Source: an uncultured Bacteroidales bacterium (GTDB taxonomy: Bacteria > Bacteroidota > Bacteroidia > Bacteroidales > FEN-979). Taken from it: DNA of 64,000 bases. The stretch is taken from the NCBI GenBank assembly GCA_903885595.1, contig CAISJJ010000250.1:12207-76206 (forward strand), given 5' to 3'. This document shows, piece by piece, positions 40,451-48,817 of the stretch. The notes beneath the pieces were generated by a model, which ran no database searches, was not told the DNA's origin, and worked only from the letters and a program-made list of their open reading frames with translations. Each line of letters starts with the position of its first letter. The first letter of the stretch is position 1. The translations under genes and the position numbers were made by a program.

Positions 40451-42229
40451 TCAGAGTTGAATGATCAGAATCTGTTTTTTTTCCTCCCTGATGATTTCCA
40501 CGCTAATCGTCGTACCAAGTTTTAGCTTTTGAAGACGGGACATGTATTCATAAATATTCCCGACTTGCATACCATTTATGGCGATGATAATGTCGCCTTT
40601 CTTCATGGCTCCCTTATCGGCAGGCCCGTCTTTGGTAACACCATCAATGCGCAGGCCTTTTTTCTCTGTGCCGGCAAAATCAGGCATGATACCCAAAGTT
40701 ACTTTCAACCGACGTCCCGAACGACCTGCATTCTCTTTTTTACCCGATTCTTTAAATGTCAGTGCTTTCGGCAGGTTGTCAACCCCAAGGATAACACTTG
40801 CTGCAAAGTCGCCAATTTTCATTTCAGCATCAAAATCAAGCTTTTCAACATCATCGAAGGGTGTGTGATAATCGGTGTGAACCCCGGTATTAAAATAAAA
40901 CACTGGTATATCAGAGGAATAAAACGCGGCATGATCAGAAGGGCCATATCCATCAGGAGAATGAACGACTGCAAAAGACAATTTTTGCTCCAGGGATTTT
41001 AAAATTGAATCTGCCTCAACTGAAGTAGCTGTTCCACTAACTGAAATCGAGTTTTTCTCCTTCTCAAACCGGCCAACCATATCAAAATTAAACATGGCTT
41101 TCATTTTTTTTAATTCCACAGGAGGATGGTTCACAAAATATTTAGATCCTAAAAGTCCGATTTCTTCTGAGCTGAAAGTGACAAAAATAATGCTTCGTCT
41201 ACTATTTCCTTTTTCCTGGGCAAGTCGTTTGGCAAGTTCCATTACCATCGCAGTCCCTGAGGCATTATCATCGGCTCCGTTATGGACCGCATTGGTGTCG
41301 GGCATTCTTGATCCGGACCCCTTACCGCCAAAACCGAGATGATCGTAATGGCCACCAACCACAAGATATTCATTTTTCAATATTGGATCACTGCCTTCAA
41401 GCATTGCCATTACGTTGGCTGTACGTTGATGTTCAAGTGCCAGATCGACGGTTCCGATAACTGTTTCACCGGTTTCAAAGCTTTTTGGAGCCTTGGAGGA
41501 TACCAGGATACGTTCAAGACTGTCGATGGTGACACCACTTTTTCTCAGAAGCCTGTCTGCAAATTCGCGGGTGATGCTTATGATGGGAATCCCTCCCTTT
41601 ACTTCATTATTTTCAATCACAAGCGGCATGAGTTTATCCTCTTTGTCGACACCTTTGGGAGTGACAAGCAATAACCCGGCTGCCCCCTGGTCTTTAGCTG
41701 TTAAAACTTTACTCCGCTCATCACCGTATTGGATGAATTTACTATCGGGATTGTCAAGATCTGGGTCAGCCCTGAAAATCATTACCCATTTGCCCTTTAC
41801 ATCCACTCCCTTATAATCGCTCCATTTGAGACTGTCGAGATCTATGTCGAACCCATATCCTGCAAAAATAACAGGGGAGTGCACTGTTGCACTGGTTGAA
41901 AATGAAAGCGGAATGAAGTCCTTTTTAAGTGTGGCATTGTAATCTCCAACAACAAGTGCATTTTCATCCCCCAGTTTCACATCGGTTACGATTTCGAACC
42001 ATTGAAATCCATCTTCACCAAGAAGTTTCAACCCGGCCAATTTAAAATGATCCCGGATATAGTTAGCGGCCGTGTTAATTTCTTCCGAACCGGGCTTACG
42101 GCCCTTCAGCGAATCGGATGCCAGGAAAGTCACATACTCCTGAAGATCGCTGGCTGAGGTTCTGATTTCCTGTGAACAAACAACATTTGATAATAAGATA
42201 AAAAGAAAGATGATGATATTTCGGTTCAT
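40451..42229 (-). CDS. M28 peptidase with PA and PDZ domains
   Basis: GGHYDHLG, GADDNASG, SEEIGLLGS, SDH and DYHTPFD motifs; C-terminal LGIMPD PDZ. Confidence 0.92.
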   Translation of the reverse strand: MNRNIIIFLFILLSNVVCSQEIRTSASDLQEYVTFLASDSLKGRKPGSEEINTAANYIRDHFKLAGLKLLGEDGFQWFEIVTDVKLGDENALVVGDYNATLKKDFIPLSFSTSATVHSPVIFAGYGFDIDLDSLKWSDYKGVDVKGKWVMIFRADPDLDNPDSKFIQYGDERSKVLTAKDQGAAGLLLVTPKGVDKEDKLMPLVIENNEVKGGIPIISITREFADRLLRKSGVTIDSLERILVSSKAPKSFETGETVIGTVDLALEHQRTANVMAMLEGSDPILKNEYLVVGGHYDHLGFGGKGSGSRMPDTNAVHNGADDNASGTAMVMELAKRLAQEKGNSRRSIIFVTFSSEEIGLLGSKYFVNHPPVELKKMKAMFNFDMVGRFEKEKNSISVSGTATSVEADSILKSLEQKLSFAVVHSPDGYGPSDHAAFYSSDIPVFYFNTGVHTDYHTPFDDVEKLDFDAEMKIGDFAASVILGVDNLPKALTFKESGKKENAGRSGRRLKVTLGIMPDFAGTEKKGLRIDGVTKDGPADKGAMKKGDIIIAINGMQVGNIYEYMSRLQKLKLGTTISVEIIREEKKQILIIQL

Positions 42230-42355
42230 ATGTTAATAATTTTATAATTCATTGGTCACATGGAATATCCATGATTAACATTTACGGTTTGCATGAACAT
42301 TGTGCTTATTGACATTTCATAATAAATATAAAGAGATGATGTGACAATGTGAAGA

Positions 42356-42386
42356 TTTGAGTTTTGATCTTTGAATTTTGAGTTTA
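42356..42386 (+). repeat. Heptamer array TTTGAGT/TTTGATC/TTTGAAT
   Basis: tttgagt tttgatc tttgaat tttgagt directly after the mnmA stop. Confidence 0.8.
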
Positions 42387-43466
42387 ATTTGCCAGTTCCT
42401 TAATTATTCCACCTCCCAGCACAATTTCGTCCTCATAAAACACTGCTGATTGCCCGGGTGTAATTGCATCATTCGGATGAAAAAAGGTGACTTTGACATC
42501 CCCGTTTGCCCATGGTTCGATACGTGCTTCGCGTTCTTTTTGTGCCGACCTGATTTTTGCAGTACACTCCATTGTTTCTTCCAATTTCGCCAGTGCAATC
42601 CAATTAAGATCTGTAACAATAAAGGAGGCATTGTATGTTTCTTCGCGAATCCCTACAATAACTGTGTTGGCCTCTTTATCAAGCCCAATGACGTAAAGTG
42701 GTTCAGAATAGGCAATCCCGAGCCCCTTTCGCTGACCAATCGTATAGTTCCAGATTCCCTTGTGATGGCCCAGTATCTTTCCTTTTGAGTCAATGATATT
42801 TCCCGGATTATCGTCCACCTCCAGCAAGTCTTTGTAATCACCACTATAAAAATCCTGGCTTTCCTCAAGGTCTTCGGTGGTAATCCCGACCTTAAGCGCC
42901 AGTTCCTTTATTTCAGGTTTTGTAAACCTTCCGATCGGGAGCATAACATGCTGCAGTTGTTCCTGTGAAAGGCGATGGATAAAATAAGTTTGGTCCTTCT
43001 TAAGGTCAGTCGCTTTTTTTAATACATAGCGCTGGTATTTTTCACTGAATTCAACACAGGCATAATGCCCGGTAGCGAAGTAATCAAAACTGATCCCTGC
43101 TTTTTCAGCCATTCGGGGTAACATGCCGAATTTGATCAGCTGGTTGCACTGTATACATGGGTTTGGTGTACGTCCGGCCAGGTATTCAGATTTAAAATAC
43201 TCAAGAACCGCCTGTTTGTAATCACGTGAACAGTTGAATACATGGTAGGGTATGCCCAGCTTTTCAGCTACTTCCCGGGCTTGGCGAATTTCTTCCTCTT
43301 CGTCGGAACCATAACAGGCATGCTTGCCAGTTGATTTATACTGACCGTCCCAGATGGCCATGGTGACACCAATTACCTCATAGCCATGCTCCCTGAGCAG
43401 GAATGCCGCTACCGACGAATCAACGCCACCACTCAAACCAACAATAACGGTTGATTTTTTTGTCAA
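42384..43466 (-). CDS. mnmA: tRNA 2-thiouridine synthase MnmA (atypical cysteine set)
   Basis: SGGVDSS, TPNPCIQCN, ATGHY, KDQTYF, YTIGQRKG and TPGQ motifs. Start uncertain (TTG at 43466 chosen). Confidence 0.92.
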   Translation of the reverse strand: MTKKSTVIVGLSGGVDSSVAAFLLREHGYEVIGVTMAIWDGQYKSTGKHACYGSDEEEEIRQAREVAEKLGIPYHVFNCSRDYKQAVLEYFKSEYLAGRTPNPCIQCNQLIKFGMLPRMAEKAGISFDYFATGHYACVEFSEKYQRYVLKKATDLKKDQTYFIHRLSQEQLQHVMLPIGRFTKPEIKELALKVGITTEDLEESQDFYSGDYKDLLEVDDNPGNIIDSKGKILGHHKGIWNYTIGQRKGLGIAYSEPLYVIGLDKEANTVIVGIREETYNASFIVTDLNWIALAKLEETMECTAKIRSAQKEREARIEPWANGDVKVTFFHPNDAITPGQSAVFYEDEIVLGGGIIKELAN

Positions 43467-43937
43467 GTTATTACAGATTGGTATAACAATAAATACTAAA
43501 GTATGCAAAGTTAGCGATTATTTAATAATCACCATCCTGTCGGTGATCTGGCTGTAAGCAATTAATGTTTCATGTGTTAGAGACTGTTTAATTTTTAACA
43601 TCCTATTCATTTTTCTTTAGTCATTTTTCACTGGCAATTATCCATTGTACGCTATTCATTGGGTTAACGACTAATGTAAAATGATAAACTAATAGTTTTC
43701 AAGTTGTTGCAAATTTCAAAATGAATTTTAAACAGATTCTTAATATTTATTTTTTACAAAGCGGTCATATGGAGTACCCATAAATTAACATTCATGGTTG
43801 ATATGACGTTCTCCTTATTTATGGGCATTTCATATGCAAATTAGAGGAAATTGTCTACATTTACTAATTATAGGTTGATTTGTCATTATTCTGATCGTAT
43901 TTTTGCAACTGAGTCCATACTATAAACTGATATACCC

Positions 43938-46900
43938 ATGAGAACATTTAAACGAATCATCTATCCGGTCATGTTATTGTTTTTAATAACCGGTTCATTA
44001 ATATTTCAAACAGGATGCAAGAAAAAGACTCCGGACAACCCACCGGTACTTCCGACCCATTTTACCGAATTAAAGGTAGATCCTGCATTTCAGTTTGAAA
44101 GTTTTATTAACATTACTGTTAATATCGGCGTTGCGAATCCTGGAAGTCAAACGCTTTTTGTCATCCAGGTTTTTGAGGATGATCCATCAAAAAATGGCAA
44201 ACTGATTTCCACCGGGGCCACAGATGCCAGCCTTCAATATAAAACGACGCTGCGGGTGCCTTCGCGTCTGAAATCATTATATGTTGGAAAAATATCCCCG
44301 ACAGGGATCAACGAATATTTATCAGTTCCAATCACCGGAAATGCACTGAATTATACTTTTGGCCTTACAAAGGCTGTTGAAGGCACACTGGGCAATGATT
44401 GCGATACCGGAACTCCGATAACCGGGAATGGGACTATTACCATCAATTCAGGAGAGGTCAGGGTGGTTAAACCAGGAGTTAACATTACCAGTTTATATCT
44501 TACAGTGAATACCGGGGGACTCCTCCGGGTGTGCGGAACTGCAAATATAAAATCGCTTTCAGGACAAGGCACGATTATCGTCTCTCCTTCAGGAACGATA
44601 ACCTGTCCTGCCGAAAACACCTATGCAGATATTGACAATTACGGTACAGCCAATTTTGCACAATCGGGAAGTAATAAAACTTTTAACATTAAAGAAAACT
44701 CTACTTTACATAACTGGGGAACACTGACCTTTTCGAATGGGTTAAATGTAAAAGGATTATTGATCAATGAATACCACACCACGGTAATTAATGATGCACA
44801 AACCCAGGATCTCGGCCGGATTATCAATTACTGCCAGATGTTTGTAAACAGCTCCAAGAGTACGGCAATGCAAATCGTGACCGGAACAACTGCCGCACCA
44901 GGTCTTGTAAACGGCCAGAACGCCTATCTTAAAGTGACCGGGGAAATCAGCTTCAGCGGACAGGGCTATGGCAGCCTTGGACTTCAAAGCCTTATTGAAA
45001 CGGGAACATTCAATATTTCAGGTAACGTAGCAGGACCCTCTTCACTGGGATCGCAGATACATGCTACCGGGACAGGCAAGAGTCAGACATCTGCCAGCAG
45101 TGTTTTTACAGGATATATCGATTTATGGTCTACTAATTTCAACCCTCAGCTTGGGAATTATGGTCCGAATGTCACCAAACATACTACCGGAATTATTATT
45201 CCTGCCCAGGACTGCAGCGCCCCATTACCTCCGGTTATAACAAGTTCACTGGTCGCTGCCGGGATTGTTGGAACTCCCATCATTCCTTATGTGGTTACCG
45301 CTACCGGCACCAATCCGATCACCTATGATGCCACCAATTTGCCTGCCGGACTAACCTACAATGCAGGCGACCACACCATCAGCGGAACACCAACAACCGT
45401 CCAGGTAAAAAATGTTGACCTTACAGCTGATAACATGGTAGGCACTGACAATAAAACATTGATTTTCACCATTACCTCTCCCGGTTCGCCGCCAGTCATA
45501 ACCAGCTCCTTAACAGCCGATGCCACTGTCAATCAATCGTTTACATATATAATCACAGCCAGCGGCACGGGTAACATTACGTACAATGCATCCAATCTGC
45601 CTGATGGATTATCTTATGATCCTGCAACCCATCAGATCACAGGTTCCCCAACAACTGCAGGAACATACAATATTCCGATATCGGCAACAAATGCAGCCGG
45701 GACTGATAACAAAATATTGGTACTGACTGTTGGAACACCACCAACCATTACCAGTTCATTAACAGCGTCTGGAACCCAGGGTCAGCAATTTTCAACCTAT
45801 ACCGTGACCGGAACCGGTTCAGGCCCCATCACCTATAACGCCAACAACCTGCCACAGGGACTGAGTTTTAATCAAATCACCAATACCATCAATGGCACGC
45901 CCGGGCAGGAAGGAGTAACCAATGTTACTCTTACAGCGGCAAACGGGTATGGCAATGATTCCAAAATCCTGGTTATAACTATAAATGCCGGAGTTCAGGG
46001 ACCGGAAATCACCAGCCCGCTGACTGCTTCAGGAACCAAAAATCAACCTTTCAGTTATACTGTAACTGCATCGGGAACCCAGCCCATTGTTTTTACGGCT
46101 TCAGACTTGCCGGCAGGACTCACTTTTGATCCTGAAACTCAGGTTATCAGTGGGATTCCGACATCAGCCGGGGTAACTGATGTAACCCTGACTGCAACAA
46201 ACAGTGGTGGAGATGATACCAAAATCCTGGTAATTACAATAGTTAATCCTGAGATTGTCGATACCGATGGAGATGGTGTAGCCGATCCGCTGGATGCCTA
46301 TCCTACTGATCCAACCAGGGCCTTCAATTCATATTATCCAAATGAAATTGATTTTGCGACCTATGCCTTTGAAGACTTATGGCCTTCCTATGGTGATTAC
46401 GACTGCAACGACCTGGTCATGAATTTCAATTATAAGATTGTCACCAATGCCCAGAATAAAGTTGTTGACCTGATTGCCAAATTCAAAATCAAGGCTGCCG
46501 GCGCCTCATACGACAATGGATTTGGTGTGGCCTTAAATACTGAACCCGCCAACATTGCAAGTGTAACAGGATGTATCAAGGTAGGTTCAGTAGTTAACCT
46601 GGATCCCAAAGGGTATGAAGCAGGACATACCGACGAAACAGTTATCATTCCTGTTGATGCCGTTAACACCTTGCTTGGAGGCGCTATAATCAATACTGTT
46701 CATGGGGGATATACCGTACAAACCGAAATCCAGACTGTTACAGTTCACCTTTCAACACCCCAGGCCAGTATCGGGACTCCACCTTACAATCCGTTCATAT
46801 TTGTGAACCAGGATCGTGGAAAAGAGGTGCATTTGAAAGATCATCCTCCCACGCAACTGGCAAATACAGTTTACTTCGGTTCCGATGTGGATGCATCAAA

Positions 46901-47105
46901 TCCTGACCTGGGATTCTATTACCGCTCAACCACAGGATTGCCCTGGGGTCTTGAAATTCCGGTCGATTTTGAATACCCCATCGAAAAAGCCGACATCGTT
47001 CAAACATACCTTCACTTTGCGGAATGGGCGCAATCCTCAGGTGTCCAGTATCAGGACTGGTATATGGACAAACCGGGGTACCGTAATCCAGCCAATATTT
47101 ACTAA
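43938..47105 (+). CDS. Lipoprotein with LruC/DUF4842 C-terminal domain and four putative-Ig repeats
   Basis: Lipobox QTGC, DTDGDGVAD..DAYPTDP, AFEDLWP..GDYDCNDLV, and PWGL...YPIEK...FAEWAQS motifs. Confidence 0.85.
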   Translation: MRTFKRIIYPVMLLFLITGSLIFQTGCKKKTPDNPPVLPTHFTELKVDPAFQFESFINITVNIGVANPGSQTLFVIQVFEDDPSKNGKLISTGATDASLQYKTTLRVPSRLKSLYVGKISPTGINEYLSVPITGNALNYTFGLTKAVEGTLGNDCDTGTPITGNGTITINSGEVRVVKPGVNITSLYLTVNTGGLLRVCGTANIKSLSGQGTIIVSPSGTITCPAENTYADIDNYGTANFAQSGSNKTFNIKENSTLHNWGTLTFSNGLNVKGLLINEYHTTVINDAQTQDLGRIINYCQMFVNSSKSTAMQIVTGTTAAPGLVNGQNAYLKVTGEISFSGQGYGSLGLQSLIETGTFNISGNVAGPSSLGSQIHATGTGKSQTSASSVFTGYIDLWSTNFNPQLGNYGPNVTKHTTGIIIPAQDCSAPLPPVITSSLVAAGIVGTPIIPYVVTATGTNPITYDATNLPAGLTYNAGDHTISGTPTTVQVKNVDLTADNMVGTDNKTLIFTITSPGSPPVITSSLTADATVNQSFTYIITASGTGNITYNASNLPDGLSYDPATHQITGSPTTAGTYNIPISATNAAGTDNKILVLTVGTPPTITSSLTASGTQGQQFSTYTVTGTGSGPITYNANNLPQGLSFNQITNTINGTPGQEGVTNVTLTAANGYGNDSKILVITINAGVQGPEITSPLTASGTKNQPFSYTVTASGTQPIVFTASDLPAGLTFDPETQVISGIPTSAGVTDVTLTATNSGGDDTKILVITIVNPEIVDTDGDGVADPLDAYPTDPTRAFNSYYPNEIDFATYAFEDLWPSYGDYDCNDLVMNFNYKIVTNAQNKVVDLIAKFKIKAAGASYDNGFGVALNTEPANIASVTGCIKVGSVVNLDPKGYEAGHTDETVIIPVDAVNTLLGGAIINTVHGGYTVQTEIQTVTVHLSTPQASIGTPPYNPFIFVNQDRGKEVHLKDHPPTQLANTVYFGSDVDASNPDLGFYYRSTTGLPWGLEIPVDFEYPIEKADIVQTYLHFAEWAQSSGVQYQDWYMDKPGYRNPANIY
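45228..46244 (+). repeat. Four tandem ~85-aa He_PIG-like Ig repeats within the LruC protein
   Basis: P.ITS.L.A.G...Y.VTA.G..PI.Y.A.NLP.GL.......ISG.P repeated four times. Confidence 0.85.
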
Positions 47106-47128
47106 TAACGTTTGTTTTCTGTGGGTTG

Positions 47129-47163
47129 AAAATCCCCGTGCAGCGATGCCGGGGATTTTTTTT
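47129..47163 (+). terminator. Intrinsic, probably bidirectional, terminator
   Basis: AAAATCCCCG...CGGGGATTTTTTTT between convergent genes. Confidence 0.8.
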
Positions 47164-47227
47164 ATGAGGTCAGGAGATGGTACTTGGAGAACAAAAAAAC
47201 CTTGAGATTATAAGTAATTGTGTCGTT

Positions 47228-48508
47228 TTATGCTAGCCGGTATTTCTGTATACGGAATATAAAAACCAGATAACAAACCACTGCAAAAACGCCAATACCC
47301 GAAATCAGGAACATCGCCTGCAAGCCGATTGAATACCATAATAACCCGGCCATACTGCTTGCGATCAGGGTGCATATACTCGCAGCACTATTATAAAAAC
47401 CCAGGGCCGTTGCTGTGTCAGCTTTTGCTGCAAGATTCGAAAGCAGCGCTTTTGAAATTCCTTCAGTGCAGGCTGCATAAACTCCGTAAAAGAAAAACAA
47501 AATCCCGAAGAAAGCCAATGAACTCACAAATCCCATGCATGAATAAACAAAGGCAAACAGCACCAATCCGGCAATCAGCATGGTTTTTAACCCGATTTTG
47601 TCGGCAAGGGCTCCTATCGGATAAGAAAACAGGGCATACACCAGATTATAAAAAATATAAACACCGATCATGGTTGTATCGGAAAAATGCTGCTCCTTTA
47701 AGGCCAGGAGTAAAAAGGCATCGGAACTGTTGAACAGGGTAAATACCAGTAGTCCGGCAATCAGGAAACGAAAAGATGGAGAAGCTACCTGCCAGTACCT
47801 GAGATAAGAAAAAAAACCAATGACAGGTGGCGGTGTGGTGAGGTGGTGAGGTGGCGAAATTTCCTCTTTGTAACCTTGTGACCCTTGAACCCTGTGGTCA
47901 TGGCCCCGGGTAACGCTGTGACGCTGTGACGCTGTAACCTTATCCTTCAGCAGGAACGTAAGCCCGATGGCGATGAGGCCGGGAAAAAAGGCAATAAAGA
48001 ACATCCATTTGTACTGACCGGGATAAAAATACAAGAAAATCAAAGCCAGGATGGGACCAATTGATGCGCCAACAGTGTCCATCGACCGATGAAAGCCAAA
48101 TACTTTTCCCTTGTGTTCCTTAGTGGTTTCGTCGCTGAGCATTGCATCGCGGGCACTCGTTCGGATCCCTTTACCAAAACGATCAAGCGTTCGTGCAAAA
48201 AATATCCAGAAAGGAAATGTAAACATGGCCATCATTGGCTTGGAAAGTGCACTTAAAGAATAGCCCGCCCTGATGAATGGCACGCGTTTTTGCCAGGAAT
48301 CAGAAAGGTGGCCGAAATACCCTTTGCTCAAGCCCGCTGTAGCTTCGGCGAATCCCTCAAGAATTCCGATCAGAAGCACTGAAAACCCGATCGATTTAAG
48401 GTAAACCGGCATGATTGGATAAAGCATCTCACTGGCGACGTCGGTAAATAAGCTCACAAAAGAGACTAACAGTACCGTGCGGGTGAGAATTTTAGGTTTA
48501 TTGGACAT
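47228..48508 (-). CDS. MFS transporter with a repeat-derived central-loop insertion
   Basis: About 12 TM helices, GHLSD..QKR and GALADKIG motif-A segments, DRFGKGIRT..RDA. Confidence 0.9.
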   Translation of the reverse strand: MSNKPKILTRTVLLVSFVSLFTDVASEMLYPIMPVYLKSIGFSVLLIGILEGFAEATAGLSKGYFGHLSDSWQKRVPFIRAGYSLSALSKPMMAMFTFPFWIFFARTLDRFGKGIRTSARDAMLSDETTKEHKGKVFGFHRSMDTVGASIGPILALIFLYFYPGQYKWMFFIAFFPGLIAIGLTFLLKDKVTASQRHSVTRGHDHRVQGSQGYKEEISPPHHLTTPPPVIGFFSYLRYWQVASPSFRFLIAGLLVFTLFNSSDAFLLLALKEQHFSDTTMIGVYIFYNLVYALFSYPIGALADKIGLKTMLIAGLVLFAFVYSCMGFVSSLAFFGILFFFYGVYAACTEGISKALLSNLAAKADTATALGFYNSAASICTLIASSMAGLLWYSIGLQAMFLISGIGVFAVVCYLVFIFRIQKYRLA

Positions 48509-48523
48509 AATCAGTAATTCATA

Positions 48524-48637
48524 AACTCAAAAATCAAAAATCAAAAATCAAAACCTCAATTCAAAAAGCAAAACGCAAAATCAAAAATCAAAAATCAAAA
48601 CCACAACTCAAAAATCAAAAGCACAATTCAAAAAGCA
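48524..48637 (+). repeat. Long degenerate heptamer array (AAAATCA type)
   Basis: Many aaaatca copies with variants (aaacctc, aaaagca, aaacgca) over about 115 nt. Confidence 0.9.
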
Positions 48638-48817
48638 ACGATTGTGCCTGGTATTAGGATTCGGATAAATAAAATCATAATAACTTTTTATATATCAATA
48701 TTTTAATTCGATATTCTCTTTCTTGTTTTCACTCATACTTCAACATTCGTTAATCAATATTCGATATTCTCATTTGTGATTCTTACTTCTAAAATCTTCA
48801 GTTTTCCCGTTCCACAT

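Noticed and set aside
43509-43937. Long AT-rich intergenic region as an ncRNA or riboswitch
   Set aside because: No convincing stable structure or known riboswitch motif was seen; it is explained by divergent promoters.
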